DNA of 64,000 bases from Takakia lepidozioides (Eukaryota > Plantae > Bryophyta), in contig CM060732.1 of the NCBI GenBank assembly GCA_030704615.1, positions 28,706,001 to 28,770,000 on the forward strand, written 5' to 3'. The notes under the pieces are model-generated. The model made no database searches and was not told the DNA's origin. It was given only the letters and a program-made list of their open reading frames with translations. Numbering within the stretch: the stretch's first letter is position 1; the number at the start of each line of letters is the position of its first letter. A program made the translations under genes and the position numbers. This document shows positions 1 to 12,052 of this stretch, piece after piece.

Positions 1-264
1 ATTCAAGTATGCAGCTTCAGATTGATCGGAGGTTTGTATCTGTCACACTGTTGCTTTTGTACTAAAATATTCTGCAACAGAGAGAGTCTTAAAAGTTGAA
101 TCCATGCTGGACCTGGTCGAGTGGATTGAAGATTGGAGGTTGCTATATGACAGCAAGCACATGTGCATTTTGTGGAAGAAGAGTATCTGCAGTGGAGTGA
201 CGAAAATCTATGTAAGAAGGTGGAGTAGAGACTAGGGTTCCTCACTTGGTGTTGTATGATGCAG

Positions 265-1443
265 GAAGAGTCTGCTGGAGTTCATGGCAGGTACAGTGCA
301 AGTGCTCGTGGCATCAGATGCAATGACTAGGGGCATGGATGTTGAGGGTGTTGCTAATGTGATCAACTATGATGTGCCCGTGTATGTGAAGACCTATGTC
401 CATCGTGTTGGGCGCACTGCACGGGCTGGGCATGCAGGCTGCGCTTTTACCCTGCTCCTTAAGAGGGAGGTTTGTTTCTCCATATCTCACTTCAACAAAT
501 TGTTGTATGAGATGAACTTTTGAAGAGGTCAAGCAGACCAGTGAGTTCAGGAAGTAAGTACAGGATTATAATACTACAGCGTTGACTCTTCTTTCAGTTA
601 GGAAAATCAAAAGTCAAATAATGAGCACATTTTTTGTAACCTTTTATGCAATTCAGTGTGATTGGCAGTACCAGCTGATGTCAGTATAATATCCTGGATT
701 AAATTCCAGAGGATCTAGGATGTCATCAGTGTTTTTTTTTCACTTTTCCAAAATCGCCACAAAGGCCACATGTAAATTTTACCTAGCGCCCATGTGGCAA
801 GAGTAACGAGGTGGCAGGATTAGAAAAGAGGCTATATAACAGGTGTCGCATTTTAACAGGTCCACGGAGGAAAAATCTGGCTCCTGATGTTTAACCATTG
901 GCGCTTTCTGGCGAATTTTTGGATTTTTACTCCCATAATTCATTTGTGAAAGTAGCCGACCCATCTTCCAGGTCGAAATCTGACGATTTTTTGCCAGATT
1001 TAACACTGGATGTCATAGTTTCTTTTGGCATGGGATAGTCATTCTGTACACTCTGTGTGCATCTGGCACTGACGAATTATGTGACTCAAATGCCAGGTCC
1101 GCCATTTTAAAAAGGAGCTGCTGAGCAAGATAGAGGATAGCAGCTGTAAAGCCTACGAATTGCCTTCCTCAGTCATTGAGGAGCTCCTGCCACGCTACAC
1201 TTCAGGTGCTGTATTCTCTCTATGGCTGGCTGTCACGTCAATTAGCCAACAGCAAAGATATCAGGTTTTTGGCTGCAATCGTGAGGTTAATGTAGTACAT
1301 TTTTGCATATTTTCTTGAGATTGAACAAGAGATTCTGGGCTGCAGCTTATGAGCGCTTTGAGGGGCTTGCTGCCATGGAAGACCAAGGGGATGCAATCAT
1401 AGGGGAGAACTTAACTAGTAGTAATTCGACACTTCCCAGCTAA
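265..1443 (+). CDS. DEAD-box RNA helicase (DDX51/RH1-like), last three coding exons (265-469, 1097-1205, 1346-1443); 5' part lies outside the window
   Basis: Translation shows helicase motif V (SDAMTRGMDV) and motif VI (YVHRVGRTARAG). AG/GT splice sites join in frame: ...LLLKRE|VRHFKKELL...RYTS|AYERFEG...LPS*. Confidence 0.88.
727..1008. mobile_element. hAT-type MITE in the helicase intron
   Basis: Termini CAGTGTT...AACACTG with an exact 8-bp target-site duplication GATGTCAT (719-726 and 1009-1016). Confidence 0.85.
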
Positions 1444-2147
1444 GACATTTTATGCTTGTCTCTCGAAAATTACCAGCTGCTATGCCTGCCTTGTGCTTCA
1501 ATCTTGAAATCATTGAAATAGGTTTCCTGTCTTTTTCTGCATTCTCTGCTTTTAGTTGTAACCAATGTCTTGTAATGTAGGTGGCTTAATACTTGGTTCT
1601 TATTGCAGATTTCTTGAACATACTTTTACTGTTGAATTTTAGAGGGATTCCTGCCAGTTTGGAGGGATGAAAAACCATATGATGGAAGAAAACCATATAG
1701 GTTATACAGCCATGATGCCAGGCCCCTGAGCTGAGGAGGCAAGATAATCACACTTTGGTGAATGTTTATGTTGCAGCAACTAGGCACTATTTAAACAGTT
1801 TGCAATGGCATTCAGTTGTCTACCGCATTTGTAATTACATGCAGACCTGGAACTAAGGGTCACTTTACTATACCCAGCACAAGTAAGAGCCAAAAATGTG
1901 GCCAAAAACTAGGATGCAGTGGTTGGGGCTTGGCATGCTAAAGATAGCAAGCAATTTAGCAAAAGAGGGAGAGGACAACATTTAATTATGGAAGGTTTAA
2001 ATAATAGACATGGCATTGAAAGAGCCAATAGCGGGCTCCCAATGGAAGTGGACTAGAGTTTTTTATTTTTTTGGATAGTTAGTGTAGAAGTGTCAAATTG
2101 TGGGAAAGGTGGGGGGGGTCTTTGGGGTATAACATGGAAGGCAACAA

Positions 2148-2290
2148 CCAAGTTGTAGCCCAGTGGTAATGGGCACAAACCACCTTGGAAGTGGTTGTGT
2201 GTGTTCAATTCACCCTTGGTGTCACAAAGGTGTCCACCATCTTAGCGGAAGGGAGGAAGCCTTCAGGGTGAAGAGACACCATAATGGGGA
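2148..2290 (+). mobile_element. Degenerate tRNA-derived SINE
   Basis: Box A-like TAGCCCAGTGG and box B-like GTTCAATTC at tRNA-like spacing; head resembles the SINEs at 4458 and 16609. Boundaries approximate. Confidence 0.4.
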
Positions 2291-2751
2291 GGTGTCAAAT
2301 ATGAAATATTAATTATTGTGTGGAAGGCTCCACCATCGCATGATGGGGGAGGTTGGGTTTAGCATCTGCGACTGTTCATGTGAGCAGAAGAGGATATATT
2401 GGAAATTCCAAGAATATTCTCGAAAAGATGCGATTGTGAAACTAAAATGTGCAATTTGTGAAGTTGGGGCATAAGGAATATCTGGTAGGTGCTGTCTCCA
2501 TAAAGGATTTTCGTTGCTTAATAGCTGTGTATTTAGTCAAGTGCAGGTGACGCCCGAAGCAATCAATAATACATTGAAACTAGAAATGTTTCATTCTGAT
2601 TCACCCAGGAAAGCATGGGTATCACATAACAATTCATTAGCGAAATAAAACAATCTCACTTTGTCTCTTATATGCAAAGCCAAACACAGCACATTTTGTT
2701 TCGCCCATGAAACCATTGGATAATGACCTACGCAACGATACTTAGAAATCC

Positions 2752-3082
2752 GAGTGTTGGGCGGATATAGAGTCATCAAGTTATCAACCCGGATATCAAT
2801 GTGTCCGAACCCGGAACCGGCATTTTTTAGTATCCGGGTTAGATGCATAGCTGGCGGATATGAAAATATATTAAAAAAATAAAATCTTATAACCGGTGTA
2901 ATACCCGGCGGATATCCAGCCAGTACTCGTCAATACCTGGTGGATCTCATAATAACTGGATGCATAGCCGGATCCGCTGTTTGCCATGTTGGTAATACCC
3001 GGAACCGGCGGATATCTAAAACCAAAAAAAATTAATATCCGGAACCGGATATGAAAAAAAGGTGTAGATCCGCCCAACATTG
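2752..3082. mobile_element. MITE with ~15-bp terminal inverted repeats
   Basis: GAGTGTTGGGCGGAT ... ATCCGCCCAACATTG; interior rich in CCGG/GGATAT repeats. No clear TSD. Confidence 0.6.
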
Positions 3083-4457
3083 GTCAGGTTGGGTATCAAC
3101 TAGGGTACCGACCCGGCTGGTATCTACTTTTGTAATACTAGGGTTAAGAGCCGGAACCTAGGTATTGGCACTTGCAATACCTAGGTCAATACCCTACCTA
3201 GGTTGGTATTGGCAAAGGCAATATCCGTATTACAGGTAAAAACAAGGACAATGCACACGGTATTAGTATCAACCAATGTTGGGCAGGTCGAGCTCTAGCC
3301 CACCACCTTCTCTTTATTATTTCACCCAACATGCCATACCTTGAAGACCTTGTCTCTCCTTGATCAAGAGTTTTTTCCTGTTCAAAAACAAATATGATGG
3401 ATGAGAAGAATTATCTTTGCATTGCAGATTTGGCCATGTTGGAAAATAAGACCTAGAACCAAATTTCTTAGCTGATTGCACTTGATTTGACAAAATATGC
3501 ACATGTCCATGAAAGGATGGACTAGGAATTAAAAAGGGGGATAATAATAAGCTTCATCGGATTTGAATGTGAAGAAATGCCATGATTCTGGTACTAGTGG
3601 TTAAACTTGTTGCAAATGCAGGTATTTTGTGTCATTAATACTTCTTTGATTTAAACTATCTATTCGGGAATGTTGTTACAAGTTACAACAATGTCTTACT
3701 ATTATCTTAAAGGTTTGTTATGATCTTATCTAATACCAGACCTGGATATACGTACCACTGGTATCACCCAAACATCTACTCTATATTTATACCATATTAA
3801 AAAAAAATCTTTTATTTATACCAGTCCAGTATCTAAAATTGTTCATTAATGTGATACCAGTACTGTCGTCTAATTCAATACTAGTACTAAGTCTGGTATG
3901 TCCAAATTTTAATATTGGTACAACACTGGTGGCTACCAGGCTAGACCCCTTGCCATGTCAAAATTTGGCGAAAAATGCCCTTTTTTTCCCCCTCGATTTC
4001 CCTTATCTGGCAAGGTAGTAGCTAGCCGCTAGCCACACTGTTTTTGAGGTCGAAGTTTTGCAAAATTTCGCTCTTCATGAGGCTGCCCGTGACAATTGAC
4101 CTATCCCCATTGATGAGCAAAAACAAGTCAGGAAAATCGCAAATTCTGGGCACCTAGCATAGGCACATACTAACCTTGTAGGCCGCGTTCGGACTAATAG
4201 AGTTGTGAACCTCAGTGGCACCACAAAATCATTCTAACCTTTTCCGACTAGCCACAAAATTTTCTGCAGGGTACAGCTGATGTGCATATCATTCTCAGCG
4301 CCTGGTCTGGGTGTTTCCCACTCTGTTCATGTTAGCCTCATGGCCCTTCACATGCTTATCTTTTCCATGTACTCTTTTGAGGGAGAATAAAAGGGTCACT
4401 CTCCCTCTTTTTGGCGTAAAAATTAAAGAAAGTCTATATATATTATATAGCTAATAG

Positions 4458-4630
4458 GCACTAGAGCAGGTAGCCCAACGGTGGTTGGGTGCTTGCGTGT
4501 GCATAAGCCTAGGTGATCTAGGTATGAACCCTAGGTGTCCACCTTCCAACTGAAAGCTCTAATCCTTCGCGAGGATGAGACACTAATTTACGCTTTTCCT
4601 GTGGGAGGAGTCCTCTTTCTTTTTTATAGC
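4458..4630 (+). mobile_element. tRNA-derived SINE
   Basis: Box A-like GGTAGCCCAACGGTGG, box B-like GGTATGAACCC, T-rich tail, flanked by direct repeat GCTAATAG (4450-4457 and 4631-4638). Confidence 0.65.
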
Positions 4631-4697
4631 GCTAATAGATTCAAGAAGATTAAAACCTTCTTTAGGGGTTAAAATGAAATCTATATCTGTTGAGGAC

Positions 4698-4980
4698 CAG
4701 TGTTTTTATTTCTGGCGAAATTTCGCACTTTTTCGACCTCAAAAATCAAAATCGAATATTCTGTCGTAAATTCCCTGTTTTCTCATGGATGAAATCGCCA
4801 AAATTCTCAAGAAAATAATAATCTTGGATGAATTCGCCTAATATGGATGATATGCATGGATGAAAGTACAGAGGAGGATGATTCTGTCCAAATTTCAGTG
4901 GATGAGCAGAAAATATGGCTATTTCCTGCAAAACTCAGTAGCCAGTCCTGTTCTTTTCAAAATTTGAAAAAAAAACACTG
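4698..4980. mobile_element. hAT-type MITE
   Basis: CAGTGTTTTT...AAAAACACTG termini with an exact 8-bp TSD TTGAGGAC (4690-4697 and 4981-4988); rich in TGGATG motifs. Confidence 0.88.
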
Positions 4981-5343
4981 TTGAGGACCATGTAGTTGTA
5001 GCTGGAGGAGACTATTTTGTAACACAGTACTTACACACAGAACAAGAGTAATAGAAAAATTAACAAAGCTACTAATGTACAGTACATTGTTCAAATGAAT
5101 CTCAAATTGCACCGCTGTGGCCATCATTTCAAACCCTCGACATATGTAGATGTATGAACCCACTTCCCATGGCTCTCGAATTTCGATGCAGGCACTTGTG
5201 ACCCACACTTCATAGTGTGTCAAGCTCACCCAGTGCATGGACCTAGATGCAGAGAAACGTTTCCTTTATGCGGGTTTGACTGCATGCTAATGATAATAAT
5301 AACGATGCTCTACTTGCGTGCATGTTTGAATGCTCTACTTGTA

Positions 5344-6189
5344 CAGTCTGCCCTGGATAAATGTTACCTCTATAAACGTTAAACTACCATAAATGTTAAG
5401 AAAATTTTACTCCCCTACTTGTGCACACTAGCAAATGTTAAATGTTGTTTGTTAACTCCCCTACTTGTGCACACTAGCAAATGTTAAATGTTGTTTGTTA
5501 ACAATTGCTTACTCCCCTCTTTGTTAATTTGCCCTCGATAAATGGTAAGTGCACCATACAGGCTTCACCTAAAAGGAAATATGCTCCATAATTATAAGTT
5601 CCAACTAGGTTAGATTATGATAAGATTACATCCTAAAATATAACCAATCAGAAGACTAGAAAGTAAGTAGAAGGTAATACTATAGTGATCAGACTAGACG
5701 CAAATACCTTGATACAAGGAGTGTATGTTCCACATTTTGGCATTTGACATGGAGGTTGTTTTTGAGAGACCATACCACACATGTGGTAGTGGTACTTGTG
5801 TTAGATGCTTTGCAAGTAGATGGTAGCATTCAAGGATGCCAAAATGGCCATAGCTACATTTCTCAATATTTGCAACAAAGGCCTTATGACGTTTATGAAA
5901 ACTATTTTAGCTATGAGACGCCTAGAGAAAGAACTCGATGATATGCATCTTAGAGATACTCATCAGACCACTATCGATTCATATCTCCTTCCCATAATTG
6001 AATGACTCCATATCTTACACTTTTATTTCATAAGTGTTAATTTCATAATTTTATATTTGTTAAATGTTACATGCTGTAAATGTTAATGTGCTATAATCAA
6101 CACCTTCATAACCTGTTAATGTGTTAACCTTGTCTAAATGTTATTTTTTTTTCTACTCCCCACTGTTAACATTTATCCAGGGCAGACTG
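5344..6189 (+). mobile_element. Non-autonomous Tc1/mariner-superfamily (pogo-like) element
   Basis: Perfect 23-bp TIR CAGTCTGCCCTGGATAAATGTTA flanked by TA on both sides. Internal ORF 5820-6005 ends in QTTIDSYL, resembling pogo/CENP-B-like transposase C-termini. A ~46-bp tandem duplication lies at ~5408-5502. Confidence 0.82.
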
Positions 6190-6841
6190 TACCAACGTAC
6201 AGCCCAGCTCTTTGTTGACTTGCAATTAAGACTGCAAATAATGGACAACAAGTGAAATATGTCCCACAAATCGCATTTTCCATGCCAAAAAGTACAATGT
6301 TCTTTATCCACATTTCCTTCTCCTATCTCGGCCTTCAACTTGCACTAAAGAAGCCTTACAATGGCAATTACTCAATCAGAGTAACAAGATGGGAAGAAAA
6401 CGATGACTAGCTTAGCAGCCAAACCCACATCTCTGAGCTCTCTCTCTTCAAACTGTCGTGTACATATTTATCAGATCATCTTCCCCAAAGTTTTGCCCAC
6501 CAAAGCAACAACTGTGAGGATCTGACAGGGATAAAAAATGCTGACTGGAGAGTTCGGGAGACCAAAGGTAAGCCAGGCACCGTCCTGTAGAGACTAGTCA
6601 CGGAAATTGCATGTGGAATGTTTGAAAGTTCAGGCCCTCTCTAAGCTGATCTACAGCAGACAGCTTAACAACCCGCAAACAGAGGTGGCCGAAAAGGTGA
6701 AACACCCAGCTCAAACACAGCTTACGCTTGACCCATAGTCTCAATCATGATCTATGGTATCTTGCATGATCTTGTGCATGCAAGATGGATTAGAACAAGA
6801 CCAGCAGAATCTGGTAGAAACCGTTATGATGGACCAAAGGC

Positions 6842-7186
6842 TCACACGTTGTGGTCGTAAGTGAGCCTTTGCACTGGCAATGAGACCGTGCGTGCCACTG
6901 TCGAAGAGATTACAGGGCCAATTGCTTGAGCACGCGTCATGTGGATGCGAAAGAAATGGAGCACAGAAGAGAACATCCGGAGCGGGTTTTGTACGACTTC
7001 TGCAAAGATGCTGAGTCTGGGGAAGATCTTTGAAACCTGACAGGTCCAGAAATTAGAGTGACGTCTATTGAACGACTCTGAAGGCTGCAAGTAGGCCTTT
7101 GCAGCTTTCTCCACCAAATGATTCCGCATAGGGGTTCGAGGTCTCTCCTCGCTTTCTGCAAATGGCGATCCGGGGCATTCATCCAT
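6842..7186 (-). CDS. Small plant protein of unknown function (~114 aa from MDECPG...)
   Basis: Within ORF 6842..7453. Contains PMRNHLVEKAAKAYLQP, resembling the 'P.RN.LV..AA.AYLQP' motif I recall from uncharacterised plant proteins. Candidate minus-strand splice donors upstream (~7800, ~8645) suggest 5' UTR introns. Start codon uncertain. Confidence 0.62.
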   Translation of the reverse strand: MDECPGSPFAESEERPRTPMRNHLVEKAAKAYLQPSESFNRRHSNFWTCQVSKIFPRLSIFAEVVQNPLRMFSSVLHFFRIHMTRAQAIGPVISSTVARTVSLPVQRLTYDHNV

Positions 7187-8699
7187 GATCTCTGTTAGGC
7201 TGGTGTAGCGAGAGCCAGGAGTCCGTGTCGCCGTTAGTATCCGAAATGGCCTGTTTCGAAGTGTGAGGTCCTGGAACTTGGAGCACACCTGGACAGGGAA
7301 AACAACCTTCGCAGATGAGCAACTGAAGATTTCGCAAGTGTATGCATAAGCACTGTCTTTGACAAGCAACCGAAGCAGGAAATCTGGAAATAGAGAACAT
7401 CCCCTCCACAGGTCATTGAGGGTTCCTAAATTTTCCCATCTAGTTACGGGCACCTAACCAGCTTGAAGAATTCCAATCTCTTCCCAATCTCCATCTTCCC
7501 CACGTCTCCAGGCCTGCAGTTAACCCGTTTGAGTATCCATGTACCCAACACCACCACTAAAACAAGAGTCACGAGCCTGTATCTCGAGTAGATGTACGGT
7601 GGAATACTCAAGAGGACCCGAACGATCAGCAAGTGGTACTCGAGCTGAAACTGACGCTGGATCCAGAGTTCTCTCTCACCGAGCAATAATCTCGAGCATT
7701 TCAATGAAACTTAGTTCAAACGTTCGCGAAACGTCACTTGTATTGCGACAAGTAACTTGCTTACTCCACGGACGAACTCGTTACAATTGCTATACTCACC
7801 GGGGAACTCGAAAATTTTGTGCCGCTTGAGATGCCACGAGAAAGTCTCAAAAAATTGCCCACGGAAAACCCACTGTTGCCATTACTCGGTAATGCAGCGA
7901 GGAAGATGCTGAAACAATTTCCAGGGTTCCGGGCTGTATGCTTGGGTTGCGGATAGCTTGAGTCGCATGTATATGGACAGGCAGTATGTAATATGTGCAA
8001 TAGTATGCAGTGAAATCTACTTTTCTGATCTGCAGCCTGCAGATGGCACTCTCTACACCATCTGTAGTAAAATTCTAAGACTTCTGTGGTTACATGAAGA
8101 ACTTCTTCATGTCAAATAGAACGTTGCATAGTACTCTGATGCGGCAGATTAGAGCTTGACTTGTGCGAGTACCAAAAGGCAAGCAGGCTAACGCAGTATC
8201 CAGACTCTAGGCTACTCTAGGAACTACATGAAAATTTGTTGTATGACGCAGCACTTGAGGATCTGGCTGGATTTGTCCAGCTCCAAAGGCACTATGCAGA
8301 AGCGTCTTCCAGATCATCTACTAACTCCAGTACCTTTCTAAGCTCGTCAGCACGGTGCTTAAGCTGAGTTCACGTCAGGGACTTGCCTGGAGCTTTTCAG
8401 ACATCCGTCTCCCGAGAAGGGTCTGCCGCCCCCTCACGAGCAGCGCTGCTCTATCCATTTGCCCCCAGATGAATCGTAACAAGCTATCTCAATCGAAGCG
8501 AGAACTGCTTGGCATCCCACACGCATCACTAGTTTAGCGACAGCAGATCGTCAAGCCAAGAGAAGGACCCCTTCCCCGCCACCTGCTCACCCTCACAGAT
8601 TCATGCTTATAAGATCCCTGCGCAGGCCAGCTACCTATCTTTACCCTCTACCGCAACGGCTATCGTTCGCTCCACAAAAATCTCGCCGATAAACTCACC

Positions 8700-9130
8700 G
8701 GTTAACTGCACAGCAGCTCGCCACGGCAGAGCAGCTCATGTGTGACTCCTACAAATCAGCCCCGCCCACCATTATGGGGAGCCCCTTGCATCAATGCGCA
8801 GCTGCTGCTCCACTCCCCGCGGAACGGGACCCTCACCCGTCGCGCAAAACGGGCCCCGTGGACGCCACGGCCGCGCACGGCGGCCACGCTGCGCCCACGC
8901 ACCCGCAAACGGTCCCTGACACCGGCCCACGTCCCGGCTACGTGCTCTCCCTTCCCGCCCCCGCGCGCCTGCCCGGGTCGCCCTGCGCTGCCCGAGAAGT
9001 ATCCGCGCGGCTATACAAGGAAATGAGCGTGTGATCGCCGTCGCGTTGCAGGACACGTGTGAGGCTCAGCACGATACGACAAAACTCCATCGGGCGTCGA
9101 CACCCGTTCCGTCCGAAGACGGCGACAGAA
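8700..9130. promoter_or_regulatory. GC/CpG-rich island, probable promoter or 5' region of the minus-strand gene
   Basis: Sharp local rise in GC and CpG content with a CACGTG box at ~9054, upstream of a minus-strand GGTAAG donor (~8645). Confidence 0.4.
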
Positions 9131-9152
9131 TCTAGTCAGAATAGTCGTGAAT

Positions 9153-9412
9153 CAGTTAAATTTGAAAAATAGCACGAGTTAAAAGAAATCGCTATATATT
9201 CTGTTCATCCATTGAAAATTTGGATAGAATCATCCTCATATGTATTTTCATCCATTTATATCATCCACATTTGGCGAATTCATCCATCTTTTTTTTCCTT
9301 GTAGAAGTTTGGCGATTTCATCCATGAAAAAACAGGGAATCTGAGACAGAATATTCCATTTTAATGTTTTGAGGTCGCCATTTGGCGATTTTTCGCCAAA
9401 AAAAAAACACTG
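9153..9412. mobile_element. hAT-type MITE, inverted relative of the 4698-4980 element
   Basis: Ends in AAAAAAACACTG. Interior (GGCGAATTCATCCA, GGCGATTTCATCCATG, GACAGAATATTC, GAGGTCG) is the reverse complement of the 4698-4980 interior. Left end degenerate, no TSD. Confidence 0.65.
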
Positions 9413-12052
9413 GTAGGGGCCATCCATCCGTGGACCCTGGCCGTCGGGTCAACAGCACATTGAATGAATAGATCCGTTACATAACTGAATATATCCGTCC
9501 GGGCCCACGAAGTTTCCCGTTAGATCCAGTTGCGCGCAATAACAGCCGCGCGGCTTGCCAGCGCGGTTGTAGCGCGAATTTGCAGATTCGGGAATGCACA
9601 CAAAATCTGTGAACTTTCTAGTTTTCGCAGATTTGAAGTTTGAAATTATGGATCCATGTTTTGCTGATCAGTGAGTCTGTGGGACACAGCACCCCGCCCC
9701 CAAGTGTGGGCCATTGTTCATTACTGTCTTGGCTTCTTCCTGGAACGAACTTTTACTAAACTTGCTGTGAAGGAATTTCGGATTTGGTGACTGTTGAAAT
9801 GAATTTGAACTGCAAGCATGAATCATGTAAGCCCGTGAAAATTCGATGAGTGGTCAATAGGTGACAGAATCAGAAGCGGTGGATCGAACCGGATTTCCAT
9901 GATGAAAATTTTGAGTCCGGAAGGTACTGAACATGTCCATGAGATCCATTCCTTGCGCAGAATTCAATAGGCAGCTGCAGTCAATGACAAGGTTGCATTG
10001 CAACTTCCAGCAATGGGTTCAAGTCATCATACTTCAAGAGCCAAACTGATTTCATATATCACAGAGGATGATCTCAAGATAGTGCCACTTAACGTGTACT
10101 CTTCCAGCAACAATTTGCACGTATATATATGAACTGCATTTTATTTCTTTCTCTTTCGGGCTTGAAAGTTGGAGATGGATAGACTCGTCGTGAGCGCCTC
10201 TATATTTCCCCTGTCCATCGCTCTACCTACCCATAAGGAAAAGGAAGTTCAAAAGAAAAAGAAAGAGCCCGAGGTCTGGAGAACTGGATCCAAAAACTCC
10301 AACTTGGCGATCGACTGATGGGATCGGAGTCGAAATCTTCAACTAGGGGCATGAGGTTGTGGCAGATTTCAGTCGCGGTGACTTGTGAGACTAAAAATGA
10401 CAGTACTTGACGGTGAACACTTGAAATTTTGATCGAGGACTGCCGGTTAATTATGCCACATTTTCAAGGGTTCAGGGCACTCCAGAGCTCCACCCACAGA
10501 AATTAGAGCAATTGTACAATGTCGTGCAAATTTAATCAAGATAATAAAGTCAATGTTTCCCGGTTCTCGAGAAAAGACAGCATGTTCAAGGTTCATTCTG
10601 TAAGGCTTTGAGCTATCAGAAAAGAATGGAGAGATGTGTCACAATTTGAAAGAGGAAAGAGAGGAACTCTCAAAATATGTGGACATTTTGCTTGTATAGT
10701 GTATACGCGAATTCCTCGACGTCAGACTTTATTATATGTTGCTGTAGGGTTGACAGTCATCAGTGGGCAAAACTGACCGTGAAGCCAACAGTCTCGTGCA
10801 CTTCCTGACTTGTCCCCTCGTGCGCCTCTCAGAGGCCTCTCAGTTAGTAAGAAGACATATAGCTGAGACCGGCCACAAGCTAGGTAGGTAGGGCAAGGAT
10901 ACAAGTTTCACGAGCTGACTTGCTCCTTTGCGCCGCCAGCCAACGCAGATCTTCACATTCTCAACGAGATCGCAGATTCAGGGCTACGTACTGGACGATC
11001 GAAGGGCTCGTTCGTCCTTCCTCTTGAATGACGAGGACGGACGAAAGAATGGGCACGCGGCTGGGTTTAGGGTTTACAGCCCTCTCTCCTCTCTCCAAGT
11101 CGGTTTGTTTGAATCATCTAGGCCAGGGATTTTATATGAAGATATTTTATCATCTTTCTTCGGCATGTGATTTGTAGAGTGCATTGTTCATCGTCATTCC
11201 TCCCACTATATGTGATTTTTTAAAATGGTCCGTGTAATCAGCCCCTCCGGCTGCGTAGCATCCATGACTATAAGCAGGACTGTGCATCATGAGAGGTCTA
11301 CGTGCTGGCTGCAGCAGACGCTCACAAAGGCGGGGCGGGGTTGCGTGACAGTGGTAGCAGCAGCTGCGAAGGGAAGGAAGCCAGAGAAAAGCAGAGAAAA
11401 CGTAATTACACCATATTGAGAAGTAAAGCTCCCCTTTGTAGTGAATCTCTTGTTGAAATGACGGTATCTTGCAAGTTGGACGGAGTTGATCAAAGAGGAA
11501 CCGTAACTAACGAATCGGCTTCATTCTACACCCACATTCATTAAACTGGGCTCCGATCACTATCATGGCTTGCAGTAATCCTTCTCGATTTGCTTTTGTC
11601 AAAAGGAAGTTAGATGCACACCGTTCTTGCCAATCAAGTGTCCACATTCTAGCCATGGTTAACTGTACAGGTACTCTGTTTCGACATTTAGTGTCAATGG
11701 GGCCTGCCAGGTCCCGCACATACCTTCCCTAGCAGGCGGGGGATTCCTTAATTTCATGCATTGTTAATGCAAGGCCTTTACCGTTGGAATTTTGGGAAGT
11801 GCTTCTGGTTTCTGTACTACTCGGAGTTGAACACACCTCAAATCAAACTTTTCAGATTTTTTATGATTCTTCTGGATTAAATTTAGGTGCAGTTGATGGA
11901 AATATTCTTCATCGGAGTTATGAGTGAGCACTTGTAGGTTGAGATAGTCCCCAGCTGTGAGCAGGAGATGCTCTCTTGATAGCCTAGGGAAACTGGGATC
12001 ATCTTTACGGTAATGTCAGTCTCTGATTATTTCCCTGTTGTGAAATTATCAG

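Noticed and set aside
8738-9056. Overlapping ORFs in the GC-rich island
   Set aside because: Open in several frames because of high GC; no protein-like features.
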